A stretch of DNA of 64,000 bases, from positions 28,156-92,155 of the IMG/VR virus record IMGVR_UViG_3300011113_000287. One strand, given 5' to 3'. The DNA is from a virus. Within the stretch, counting starts at the first letter, position 1; each line of letters begins with the position of its first letter. Below, piece by piece: positions 8,968 to 17,373 of the stretch. The translations under genes were made by a program, and so were the position numbers. The notes under the pieces were generated by a model that worked only from the letters and a program-made list of their open reading frames with translations, was not told the origin of the DNA and searched no databases.

Positions 8968-9613
8968 TAATGTGTGGTCGTCTGTTCCTGTGTGGTCGTG
9001 TCTTGCAAAAGTGCTGGCTTCCACGTTGCCTTAAACGCACGCAAGGCGTTTCCATCCCAAAGCGGAGTAGCAGCGAGGATAACGACGGGTTGCGGGAAAT
9101 CAGCACGCTTACGAAGGGTGTGAATGCGCTGTTTAACGACCCCAAGCACGGCTGCCGCTTCTGCTGTTCCGCAGAGGTCTTTTGTATCAATCAACATGTT
9201 TGTCTCCTGTTGTGTGGTCGTCTTTTGTAGACGGGTTATTATGTTACATGCCCCAGTGCCCTAATCCACCGTTGTCCAGCAGATATTTGGCGACCCTGAG
9301 ATTGCAGTCCAAATCATACAAGACTTCCATGTCCCCGAACGACGAACCGCACGCATTGGCGGTAACGGTTTTCCACGAAGAGTTAACTTGTAACAACCCA
9401 CGGTCAATAGAGCCGTCTTTGTTCAATGTCCAAGTGACGTTGCCCTGGCTGTCCCATCTGGCATTGACCGCCTTTGGGTTGCACCGTGATTCACGCCAAG
9501 CAATGTAGGAAAACGTCTTGACGGGCTTCAGACCGTATTGTCTGAACAAATCCTCGTATTTTGGACAGGTTTCCGTTTCGTTTATTTCGTTTGTCTTTTT
9601 GGTTGTGTGGTCG
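8333..9613 (-). repeat. seven dispersed co-oriented copies of (A)CGACCACACA
   Basis: + strand TGTGTGGTCG at 8333, 8348, 8449, 8971, 8989, 9211, 9604. Confidence 0.85.
8967..9197 (-). CDS. AlpA/excisionase-like HTH DNA-binding protein
   Basis: LCGTAEAAAVLGVVKQRI...DFPQP...PLW pattern. Confidence 0.8.
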   Translation of the reverse strand: MLIDTKDLCGTAEAAAVLGVVKQRIHTLRKRADFPQPVVILAATPLWDGNALRAFKATWKPALLQDTTTQEQTTTH

Positions 9614-9843
9614 GTTTTTTTAGGCATAGTTATGGTGGTTATGGGTAATTCAATAAGGCGTTGGTCGTAGGTGTATCCAGTGGGATACACCGTCTCCATT
9701 TCTACGACGTCTCCAATGTTTGCTGGCCCGTCTGATGTCCCAAATTGTCCGATTGTCGTTGTTGTAATTGTTCCGATGAATATGACTATGGATGAAACCC
9801 AGTGTCGTAACAGAACGCACTCCTTTGTCGGTGGATAAAGCAA
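9244..9843 (-). CDS. putative secreted lytic transglycosylase (SLT/lysozyme-like)
   Basis: hydrophobic N-terminus; IAWRESRCNPKA (catalytic Glu), DRGLLQVN, CNLRVA..L...GLGHW; start uncertain. Confidence 0.8.
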   Translation of the reverse strand: MLYPPTKECVLLRHWVSSIVIFIGTITTTTIGQFGTSDGPANIGDVVEMETVYPTGYTYDQRLIELPITTITMPKKTDHTTKKTNEINETETCPKYEDLFRQYGLKPVKTFSYIAWRESRCNPKAVNARWDSQGNVTWTLNKDGSIDRGLLQVNSSWKTVTANACGSSFGDMEVLYDLDCNLRVAKYLLDNGGLGHWGM

Positions 9844-9895
9844 AAGACCGTAACAAATTGACGACGAGCGTCAGGTGGTTACGGTCTGCTATCCA
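9832..9895 (-). other. long RNA stem-loop upstream of transglycosylase gene
   Basis: AGACCGTAAC/GTTACGGTCT perfect 10-bp stem, outer TGGATA/TATCCA, inner TGACG/CGTCA. Confidence 0.6.
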
Positions 9896-9907
9896 GCATA
9901 GCAAAGA

Positions 9908-10306
9908 TTATTGCAGGAGTTGGTATAAAATCGTAAACAAATCAAAATTGGTGTCTTGCATACTTGGTACAACGCTTAAATCTTTACTTTGTTTTTTGAT
10001 TGTTTCGTTTACATCAACACACTTTACGCAATGACAATTTTGTCTATATCTTGTAACAGTGCCGTGCGGTTTCAACGCCGTCTTTTTAGGCTTCTTGCTA
10101 AATGCGCTTCTTTCTAACGGAGTGAGTCCTCCCCACATTCCCCATTGTTCATTCAGCCCGTCCTTCAAACATTTCCTCCACACTGGGCACGCATGACATA
10201 CTTCACGAGCAACAGCGTAATACTCGTCTTGATTATCCGCTTCTAACGGCGGATACCACAAGTCAATGTGCTTGCCCTTGCACAGGGCTTCGTCTCTCCA
10301 CGTCAT
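9908..10306 (-). CDS. whiB: WhiB-family transcription factor with extra C-terminal Cys motif
   Basis: WRDEALC...VCHACPVWRKC...GMWGGLTPLER; then HGTVTRYRQNCHCVKC. Confidence 0.92.
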   Translation of the reverse strand: MTWRDEALCKGKHIDLWYPPLEADNQDEYYAVAREVCHACPVWRKCLKDGLNEQWGMWGGLTPLERSAFSKKPKKTALKPHGTVTRYRQNCHCVKCVDVNETIKKQSKDLSVVPSMQDTNFDLFTILYQLLQ

Positions 10307-10662
10307 CAGTCATTTGCGTTTCGGAGAGTGCCCTCACGATAAAGTTTTACCACCTTTTGCGACGTCTCTTCTACAAAAATTACCAAGTCACGCATTTTCT
10401 GAGTTTGTACTTCTAATTCTGCTTCTGCTTTCTTTACTGTTTCTTCCAGTGTCCTGATGTAGTTGAACAATGCTTCCCATCCGTCATAGCGAAGTTCAGT
10501 CAAAGACAAATTTGTATGCTTTGAAATGTTATCCAAATTAACGGAATCGTTCATCAACAACGGAGCAATACCACTGAGTGCTTTGCTCATACGTTCTACT
10601 TCTGATAGCAACACGCTTTTGGCAACGGAAGGGCGACCAAGACGGTCAAACAAGTGTTTCAT
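10306..10662 (-). CDS. hypothetical coiled-coil protein
   Basis: 118 aa coupled ORF. Confidence 0.65.
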   Translation of the reverse strand: MKHLFDRLGRPSVAKSVLLSEVERMSKALSGIAPLLMNDSVNLDNISKHTNLSLTELRYDGWEALFNYIRTLEETVKKAEAELEVQTQKMRDLVIFVEETSQKVVKLYREGTLRNAND

Positions 10663-10993
10663 TATCGTCTGACTCGTCTATTGACACGACGGGAAAGTCA
10701 CGTGTTACACAGTCCCAGCCGCAACCAATGTAGCCAGCAATATCTACCCAATGGTCACGCTTGTCTGGAGTCCAAGACAAACGACTTACTTTTAACAACG
10801 CCATCATTACAGCAACGTCGTGCGGTTCAATGATGAATCCTTTTTTGCGCTCGGTAATGCGAGTCAAATACGACTGCCACAAATCAGCCGTCAATCCAAA
10901 ATCGTCATGTGGGTCTCCGTAATCTTCGTTACGGTCTCCGACAATCAGGCTTGCTGCATCAAGTAGTACTTGTTTGCGTTCGTTGGATGCCAT
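10646..10993 (-). CDS. DUF6378-like protein
   Basis: GDRNEDYGDP...W..YL...DVAVMMALLKVSR...DHWVDIAGY. Confidence 0.75.
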   Translation of the reverse strand: MASNERKQVLLDAASLIVGDRNEDYGDPHDDFGLTADLWQSYLTRITERKKGFIIEPHDVAVMMALLKVSRLSWTPDKRDHWVDIAGYIGCGWDCVTRDFPVVSIDESDDNETLV

Positions 10994-11577
10994 GGAATCT
11001 CCCTTTTGTTTACCTTGTCTACTAGCCTAGCGAAGTCTACCAGCGAATTGGCACGAAACGGCACGCTGTATTGACGGTTCCAGGGATGGTCGTGCAGCAC
11101 GGAAAATACGCCAGCGTTATCCAACTGCATGTAGTACAAATAGTGGTCGTCAATCATTGCTGAATGTTCTTTGGCGACGTGGGCAAGGATTGTTTTATCG
11201 TGAGTAAAGTGTAAATGGTCGGGAATGAGGTCATGGTCGTGAAGCCACTCTGCGGTCTGTGCCCATGCCGTGGTGGGACGGGCAGTAATGACGTGCATTT
11301 TGACGCCCATAGACCTCAGTAGTTCCCATCCTGCACAAACCCCTTTCATGGGAGATTCTGAAGCAAAGAGTCGGTGGGTAACAGGGGCTGAATTGAGCAT
11401 CACGTCAAACTCTCGTTTGTTGATTCCCCAATCCTCGTAAAAATCCCAATGGGTTGGTTCGGGAAAGTTTGTCTTTTCAAGTACGTCTTTGCAATACTTT
11501 TTAAAAGCGTTCATAAACGGGTACACCACGCCGTCCATGTCAATCCCGACGTCAGTGATTTTCTTTTGTTCGTACAT
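10945..11577 (-). CDS. HAD-family 5'(3')-deoxyribonucleotidase (NT5C-like)
   Basis: IDMDGV motif I, ITAR, K, IDD, PWN. Confidence 0.85.
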   Translation of the reverse strand: MYEQKKITDVGIDMDGVVYPFMNAFKKYCKDVLEKTNFPEPTHWDFYEDWGINKREFDVMLNSAPVTHRLFASESPMKGVCAGWELLRSMGVKMHVITARPTTAWAQTAEWLHDHDLIPDHLHFTHDKTILAHVAKEHSAMIDDHYLYYMQLDNAGVFSVLHDHPWNRQYSVPFRANSLVDFARLVDKVNKREIPWHPTNANKYYLMQQA

Positions 11578-11710
11578 TTTGTAACTCCATGTTTACGGCA
11601 GCGGTTGAGTGTACGTCTTTATTCGTACAAATGGGAGGGTATTTATTGCTGAGTACTGATACGGTTTTTTTACATTTAGGGCATTTGTAAGTATACGGTA
11701 GGGCTTTCAT
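11552..11710 (-). CDS. 52-aa zinc-ribbon protein (not in ORF track)
   Basis: MKALPYTYKCPKCKK...PPICTNKDVH; ATGA overlap with upstream gene. Confidence 0.55.
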   Translation of the reverse strand: MKALPYTYKCPKCKKTVSVLSNKYPPICTNKDVHSTAAVNMELQNVRTKENH

Positions 11711-13164
11711 TGCTCCTCTTCAATGTCTATCACTTCCTGATAAAACGAGTCCGTTGCCGCTGGTCCTAGTCCACCATGTGGTAGGGCATTGGCTTGGTCG
11801 GCGGCTCGCTGTCCGAACAGTCTAGACAACACGCCGCTTGAACCACGGGCTTCAACCTCAAAGCGTACAAGGTCACGGGTGTCGTTGATGCTCTTGAATT
11901 TCTCAATCATTTCAAAAGCCCTGTCCATTTCAGATGACAAAGAGGAATCAAGTCCTTGTCCCTCCATCTCTTCGGCAAAGCGGGCAAACATAACACGGCT
12001 CACTTGCATCTCAATCATGGCTCTAAGGGCTGCCTGTAGTTGGTCTCTAGTTCGTATCTCCACAGGCAGTTTAAACGCACATTCTGTATGTTCCTTAAAT
12101 GCGGGACATTTTGAGGCCAGATAACAATTATCGCACTGCCGTAAAAGTGCTCCCGTGTAGCGAATTATGTTGGTTTGTTCAGGTGCAATTTCAATAGATT
12201 CCCCATGTTCATCAATGGTTTGAGAACCCATTGAGGTAATGGTTTCCACCCCCATGACGGGTAATAATAAACGCTCATTTTCGTTCCGCTTTTCGGGAGG
12301 GGGGATAACAATACCTGTACCCCTGTTTTCCACATTTGCTAAACTACCACCATGGGGGGGTGTAATAATTATGTCACCACTTTCAGTGTCGTCGGAGTCG
12401 CCTTGATTGCTTGATGTCATGGTGTCATAGCCCCCAAAAATGTGTTCTTCGTAACGTTTCCACGATGTGATTGCCAACTTGCTGACCGCATCAACCTCGT
12501 CAGCCATGACGCTTTCAAACGGAATACCCAAGCGCTCAATGTCCGACCTATGCCGTTTACGGGCAGAGTCTTTTTGTTGGGCGGGGTAACGTCGTAACCC
12601 ATGTCCCGTCCAGACCTGCGTCTCTCCGTAACGCACAGCGCTTGTCCAGGAGTTGACCAATACGGCATCCCATTTGTAGTTTTCAATGTTGTCTGGTTTT
12701 GAGGTCAACCCGACCATTTCGGCGTTCCACCGCATGGCAATGGCATTTAGCCTATTGTGATGGTGTTTAGTCAATGCCTTGTCACTGATGGCTACTCTGC
12801 CGTGCCTTTGGCAAATCCAATTAAGACGTTCAAGGTCGTCGGCGTCGTTCCAAATTGGTACGTACTTTTCGCCCAACCATGTTCCGTCGTAATCTGGGCG
12901 ACCAATGACCAGAGTTAAATCATCAACATAAGACCGTAAAAAAGCATCGTAACGAGACACGTCTTCGTCTGCCTCTGACGTGTAAATCAATAACTCACTA
13001 TTTTCGTATTTCGTGCGTAGGTCTAATTGTTTCTTTTTTGGAATAGCCAAATGGGTCAAATTAAGACCAATACGACGTACTTCGGCTGATAACAGCATTG
13101 AGGCGTACATGCCTTTTTCTGCTCCGCCAAAGTAAATCTTCACTCCCAGCCTGCTTTGCGCCAC
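11707..13164 (-). CDS. two-domain protein: degenerate TGT/DpdA-like N-terminus plus Cys4 helical C-terminal domain
   Basis: IYFGG start, WDAVLVNSWTSAVRYGE; CDNC..CPAF..C cluster; the ORF is secure, the function tentative. Confidence 0.4.
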   Translation of the reverse strand: MAQSRLGVKIYFGGAEKGMYASMLLSAEVRRIGLNLTHLAIPKKKQLDLRTKYENSELLIYTSEADEDVSRYDAFLRSYVDDLTLVIGRPDYDGTWLGEKYVPIWNDADDLERLNWICQRHGRVAISDKALTKHHHNRLNAIAMRWNAEMVGLTSKPDNIENYKWDAVLVNSWTSAVRYGETQVWTGHGLRRYPAQQKDSARKRHRSDIERLGIPFESVMADEVDAVSKLAITSWKRYEEHIFGGYDTMTSSNQGDSDDTESGDIIITPPHGGSLANVENRGTGIVIPPPEKRNENERLLLPVMGVETITSMGSQTIDEHGESIEIAPEQTNIIRYTGALLRQCDNCYLASKCPAFKEHTECAFKLPVEIRTRDQLQAALRAMIEMQVSRVMFARFAEEMEGQGLDSSLSSEMDRAFEMIEKFKSINDTRDLVRFEVEARGSSGVLSRLFGQRAADQANALPHGGLGPAATDSFYQEVIDIEEEQ

Positions 13165-13367
13165 ACGGCTTGCGATGAGAACGCTTCTACTTCCTTACGG
13201 TGTTCGTCGCTGTGGTAAAGGCGAAGGAGATGAATGCAGGGGTCCTGTCCTTCTTCGTACTGTTCGGCTTCTTCTTGGCTCATAGGCATGCCGTCGTGTG
13301 GGTCGCAGACAGGCGGTGAACACCAACCCATCTTGACTCCAATTTCAATCCATTCATCTTGTCTCAT
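13140..13367 (-). CDS. hypothetical protein (Cys/His motif)
   Basis: GWCSPPVCDPHDGMP...DPCIHLLR. Confidence 0.65.
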   Translation of the reverse strand: MRQDEWIEIGVKMGWCSPPVCDPHDGMPMSQEEAEQYEEGQDPCIHLLRLYHSDEHRKEVEAFSSQAVWRKAGWE

Positions 13368-13843
13368 GTTTCTCGCCACGTCCTTTCTGCGTTTTTGAGT
13401 GCTTGCGTTTCTATCTCTTTTGTGATTTCGTCCCATCCCACAATTGTACGTGGTTGGTCCCATTCTGGGCGTACTACATGAGGAACGGTTACCAAAAGGG
13501 TGGGAATGCCCTCTTTTATTACTTTGGCAACTGTTTTGGGGTCGGTGTCAACGTACCAGTCAATGCGGGTGTGTGCAGCGTGTATTGCCCTCACTCGGTC
13601 AAGCCTGTTGTCTGGGCCAGTCTCCCAGTGGAAGTCAATTGAACCTGGTTTGAATCCCTCTTTTTTCAACCACTGCATGACCAGTTCGTGATGATGCTTG
13701 TCAACACCGTCCACGAGTAGGCATATGCGTCCGTTGTACGTAGGGAACAACATGTTCCACAGTTTGCGCCCGTGGCTGTTCGGTTGACTAGAGCCAATCT
13801 CAGAAGACCTGTTGGCAATGACGTCAAAGGTAACGACAATCAC
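13364..13843 (-). CDS. HAD-like protein with degenerate motif I
   Basis: MIVVTFDVIA, WL...G, WYVDTDP...GIPTLLV. Confidence 0.5.
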   Translation of the reverse strand: MIVVTFDVIANRSSEIGSSQPNSHGRKLWNMLFPTYNGRICLLVDGVDKHHHELVMQWLKKEGFKPGSIDFHWETGPDNRLDRVRAIHAAHTRIDWYVDTDPKTVAKVIKEGIPTLLVTVPHVVRPEWDQPRTIVGWDEITKEIETQALKNAERTWRET

Positions 13844-14337
13844 TTGTCGTACAGTCCCAACATCTTGCGTTCTTTATGGGTGTACCAAGCGGCTGCTGGG
13901 CAGTACATACACAGGTACTGACGCTTGTCCTTGGGGACTCCGATTTTGCGACCAATGGTCTTGGATTCGTCGCACCAATCAATGCAGCCAGTGGTAGGAC
14001 GGTTATGCCTGTTGAAGCAGTTGAGGGCATCCACTTTCAGTTCATCACGGAAGTCCTTGATGATAATGTCGTGGTTCTTCAACTCATTCTTAATTGCCGT
14101 TTCAGCATCCAACTTGTCGGCGGTATCCTTGTCCGTGCGGAAGATGAGAGCACGCCAATTGTCGTAATCCTGATTACGAGCCTTATGGCGTTCCAGCACG
14201 TCCAGCAATTCCATGTCGTATTCAGGAGGTCCGTCGTACGGGCGTAGTTTATAAATAACGCCATCGGTTTTTTTATTACCGACGACACGCCAACAAACGA
14301 GCAGACGATTAGGTTGGTCAGACATGTTGTTCTCCAA
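13840..14337 (-). CDS. hypothetical Cys-rich protein
   Basis: CF..H.RP..GC.D, YLCMYCP. Confidence 0.7.
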   Translation of the reverse strand: MENNMSDQPNRLLVCWRVVGNKKTDGVIYKLRPYDGPPEYDMELLDVLERHKARNQDYDNWRALIFRTDKDTADKLDAETAIKNELKNHDIIIKDFRDELKVDALNCFNRHNRPTTGCIDWCDESKTIGRKIGVPKDKRQYLCMYCPAAAWYTHKERKMLGLYDK

Positions 14338-14358
14338 ACGTGGTATATCAGGTTACAG

Positions 14359-14628
14359 TTATTTTTTCATTCTTGGCTTCAGACTATTGTCTAACGCCAA
14401 TCCTAGAAATTTACCGTCTTTAGGGTCTTCTACGTAGGTAAACGGGGAAGGTAAGCGCATGGCGCCAAATTGAGAGCCTTTGGCAACCCTCACCAATGAC
14501 CCTGGTTCAATGTTTAGTTTGGACTTTTCCTTGTCCAATCCTTCGGGGCGCCATTCGTATACTGCTCCAACACGGGGTCTTTGTGGACGACGACGGCTGT
14601 TGTTTTGTTCGTTGTGTCCATGAGGCAT
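14359..14628 (-). CDS. tagged orphan protein 1 (beta-rich, SH3-like body)
   Basis: starts MPHGHNEQNNSRRRPQRP; TATAAT 6 nt upstream suggests a leaderless transcript. Confidence 0.7.
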   Translation of the reverse strand: MPHGHNEQNNSRRRPQRPRVGAVYEWRPEGLDKEKSKLNIEPGSLVRVAKGSQFGAMRLPSPFTYVEDPKDGKFLGLALDNSLKPRMKK

Positions 14629-14670
14629 GATTACATTATAGTGTACACGACTCAAAGAAGTCTTAAAGTT

Positions 14671-15819
14671 TCACGAGTATTGCGGTTTTTCGTTTGGATA
14701 CATTTCTACGGGCTTTCCACGTGTTACATATACTCGGTAATCTTGAGACGGTACTCCAAAGTGGCTATAGTCGTAATCATCGTCTTCTGGGACCTGCATA
14801 AACCTTGATGGCATGCCAAAGGCTTCTGCGGTATTATCGGTGTATTCAAGTGGTTCAAATACTCCGTCGTCTAAGTCTGCTTGAAAAACGTCGTCTGCAC
14901 GAGCGTTCAAAATACTACGCCGTTTCTTTGGATACTGCTGTTCAAGGCGTTTCTCTTCTTTCAGTGCACCACGTCTAGTCATAAATGGTCGGCTTTCATG
15001 CACCAATTCGCCCTCGTCGTACCACCAGCCTCCCTCTGCTGAGCCGCCGTAAGCATCATGCTCCTCGTAGACACCAACACGGTAAGGTGCAATTCGCTCT
15101 TTTAGTCTGTCAACTCGTGACAAATTCCTTGTTTTTCGTTTATGTAAAGCCTTCCCAACAGCAACAGAGTTTCTTGTGTATTCTCCTTGATACTCATTTC
15201 CGTCGTTGTAATAAACTTTTCCATCGCCTTTTACGTCTTTGTCCGACGATGAGAAAACCTTACGTTCCTCAAGAGCCTTGTCAACAGAGCGCTTTCCCAG
15301 CAGGGCTGCAAGCGTGATGTGTCGGCTCGTTGCACGTGGATAGCCAAAGGACGGAATTTCTCCCGCAAGTACTTGTCTTTCTAATGCTTCAGCCCCTCTT
15401 TTAAGCCTTTGTGACTCTTGTAAGGAATCCACAACGTCAGGATGACTGTTGTAAAAAGACGAACTTCGTTTTGATTTATTTATCCTTATTTGTTCTTGTC
15501 GTTCAAAGGTATCTGGATATTGATACATTCCTTTGTCTTCTATTTCTTTTAAAGTGTCAGCATTTGAGTGCAACGTCTCTATGCGTTTTAGCGTTTCATC
15601 TGTCCATCTTTTTTGACGGTTGAGAGACGTAACGTCCCTGTCTACTGCTTCACTAAATCCAACTTTTTCGTATGAATCACCTTGTGCTTGCTGAAGGCGA
15701 AAAACCTGCTCTCCTGTTGCCGCCGACCCTGGTCGGATTAGTGCTCGTGCAATAGAGTCACGAAAACGTTGACCACGTGTCAATGGCTGTTCTGGTTCTT
15801 GGGTTCCCCAATCACTCAT
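14671..15819 (-). CDS. hypothetical protein with YGG.EGGWWY C-terminal domain
   Basis: start MSDWG; YRVGVYEEHDAYGGSAEGGWWYDEG. Confidence 0.75.
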   Translation of the reverse strand: MSDWGTQEPEQPLTRGQRFRDSIARALIRPGSAATGEQVFRLQQAQGDSYEKVGFSEAVDRDVTSLNRQKRWTDETLKRIETLHSNADTLKEIEDKGMYQYPDTFERQEQIRINKSKRSSSFYNSHPDVVDSLQESQRLKRGAEALERQVLAGEIPSFGYPRATSRHITLAALLGKRSVDKALEERKVFSSSDKDVKGDGKVYYNDGNEYQGEYTRNSVAVGKALHKRKTRNLSRVDRLKERIAPYRVGVYEEHDAYGGSAEGGWWYDEGELVHESRPFMTRRGALKEEKRLEQQYPKKRRSILNARADDVFQADLDDGVFEPLEYTDNTAEAFGMPSRFMQVPEDDDYDYSHFGVPSQDYRVYVTRGKPVEMYPNEKPQYS

Positions 15820-16162
15820 TAGATTCTCCTTCGCCAGAAAACTGGTCGCCAAGTTTGGGGATACCTGTTGCTTTACGCATACGAGCCTCCCATGTTATTC
15901 TTTGTAACAAACGTGCTCCAGGTGAATCGTAGGTTCCTGGACCTTGATACTCTCCCTCAAAGTCAGAAACGGGAACAGCAGCCGCTCGCATCATAGCACC
16001 ATGCTGCTGCTCAGTGGTCATGCCATGTTCGGCAAGAATGTCGCCTTCAGCCTTTGCTTCTTGCTTTGCTATCAGCCCATCCATGTGTTTCTTGTTTCGT
16101 TTACGGCGAGTTTTTGCCGCTTGCGAACTTCGCTTTTCCATTTTACTTTTCTTTTTAGCCAC
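15812..16162 (-). CDS. protein with basic N-terminus
   Basis: GTG start, MAKKKSKMEKR... Confidence 0.6.
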   Translation of the reverse strand: MAKKKSKMEKRSSQAAKTRRKRNKKHMDGLIAKQEAKAEGDILAEHGMTTEQQHGAMMRAAAVPVSDFEGEYQGPGTYDSPGARLLQRITWEARMRKATGIPKLGDQFSGEGESNE

Positions 16163-16166
16163 GGTA

Positions 16167-16445
16167 TTAGCAATCCCAGGCTCGCAGAGACTTATTAATG
16201 CGGCTGTTAGGGTCACGTGCAGTTTTGGCTGACGTGTTCTTCTTCTTCATGCCTTCCATTCGGGCACAGAATGACTTGCGACGGGCAGCAGACTTCTCCG
16301 ATTTGGCGGCTTCTTTTTTCTTCACAGGCGGCTTGAGGTCAGAGCCAGGGTTCTCACGTTCGTAGGACTTGCGTCCCTTTTCGTTGAGACCGCCCTTTTC
16401 GTTCTTGCCTTCTTTGCGCTGCCACGCTGCTGATTTCTTAGCCAT
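16167..16445 (-). CDS. basic phage protein (DUF6321-like)
   Basis: GGLNEKGRKSY...RRKSFCARM...DPNSRINKSLRAWDC. Confidence 0.75.
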   Translation of the reverse strand: MAKKSAAWQRKEGKNEKGGLNEKGRKSYERENPGSDLKPPVKKKEAAKSEKSAARRKSFCARMEGMKKKNTSAKTARDPNSRINKSLRAWDC

Positions 16446-16828
16446 TATCTTATGTTAATCCTTCCAACATGTTCTCTCTTTGTAAGTAACTTACCTTCGT
16501 TTGCCGTGGCCCCTACATTAAAATGGTCATCAATGTAACGTGCTGCTTGAATTGCTGATTTAAATGGAAAAGTTCTGTAACTATCCACTGTCTTTGGTTG
16601 TTCATCAAACTCAAGAGTTACATCATACCCAACAACGTGGAGGGGACCAGCCGTATGTCGCCTTTTGCTGCCCATATTAGTTCTCATTTTCGGACGAACG
16701 TCTGGAGAAATTAACACATCTTTGTGGGTGTAATGAGGCCATGTGTCAAAACCCATTCCTGGAATAAGACGCATCTCACGTTTGGGTCTCCGACTTTCAT
16801 TGTGGCGTTCGTCTTTTCCACGTGCCAT
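16445..16828 (-). CDS. tagged orphan protein 2
   Basis: starts MARGKDERHNESRRPKR. Confidence 0.75.
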   Translation of the reverse strand: MARGKDERHNESRRPKREMRLIPGMGFDTWPHYTHKDVLISPDVRPKMRTNMGSKRRHTAGPLHVVGYDVTLEFDEQPKTVDSYRTFPFKSAIQAARYIDDHFNVGATANEGKLLTKREHVGRINIR

Positions 16829-16950
16829 TACTTCTTCTTTTTCTTTTTGACCACAATTTTGCGGTTCTTTTCTTTCACGGTCATACCAGCATCCTCGGTC
16901 TGCCCTTTTAGTTGGGCATACTTTTCAGCCGCTGTGAGTTTCTTTGCCAT
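16828..16950 (-). CDS. 40-aa lysine-rich microprotein (not in ORF track)
   Basis: MAKKLTAAEKYAQLK...VVKKKKKK; TAATG overlaps at both ends. Confidence 0.65.
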   Translation of the reverse strand: MAKKLTAAEKYAQLKGQTEDAGMTVKEKNRKIVVKKKKKK

Positions 16951-17111
16951 TACTTCTTCTTTTTGGCAACAGCCATGTTGTCCACGAGGTTGGGGTAGGG
17001 GCGACCTGCTTTTTTGGCACGAGCCTTTGCCTCAGCCTTTTCAGACGGGTCAAGTTTTTCCGACTTCTTTTTTGGGTTCTTCTTGTCCCATACTTGTTTC
17101 TTTTTAGCCAT
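16950..17111 (-). CDS. 53-aa basic microprotein (not in ORF track)
   Basis: MAKKKQVWDKKNP...AKARAKKAGRPYPNLVDNM. Confidence 0.7.
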   Translation of the reverse strand: MAKKKQVWDKKNPKKKSEKLDPSEKAEAKARAKKAGRPYPNLVDNMAVAKKKK

Positions 17112-17122
17112 GTTCTAACCTT

Positions 17123-17368
17123 TCAGTCTTCAGGCCAATCTAGACCCCAGTCATCAATTGGCTTTTGTGGATATCCGTATTTCTTTTTTACTTTACCGTA
17201 GCCTGCCAACTTATCAAGTCGGTCAAACAATGCGTCAAGGTCTTCTTGACTCTTTGGTTCTGGACCCGACTCTGCTGGAACGCCGTTTGGAAACGCATTG
17301 GAGTAACCGTCAGGTGGGCGAACTGGTTTCCTTTTGGGATTAAACGATTCGTCGTTACCTTTTGCCAT
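17123..17368 (-). CDS. tagged orphan protein 3
   Basis: starts MAKGNDESFNPKRKPVRP. Confidence 0.75.
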   Translation of the reverse strand: MAKGNDESFNPKRKPVRPPDGYSNAFPNGVPAESGPEPKSQEDLDALFDRLDKLAGYGKVKKKYGYPQKPIDDWGLDWPED

Positions 17369-17373
17369 GATTG

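Noticed and set aside
8967-9197. Excisionase implying a prophage or temperate lifestyle
   Set aside because: No integrase, att site or host genes in the window; the HTH family alone is not diagnostic.
8333-9613. Repeated 11-mer as a CRISPR or mini-array
   Set aside because: Units are too short, irregularly spaced and mostly within coding sequence.
9832-9895. c-di-AMP (ydaO) riboswitch upstream of the transglycosylase
   Set aside because: The conserved ydaO sequence blocks are not visible and the element is too short; kept only as an unclassified hairpin.
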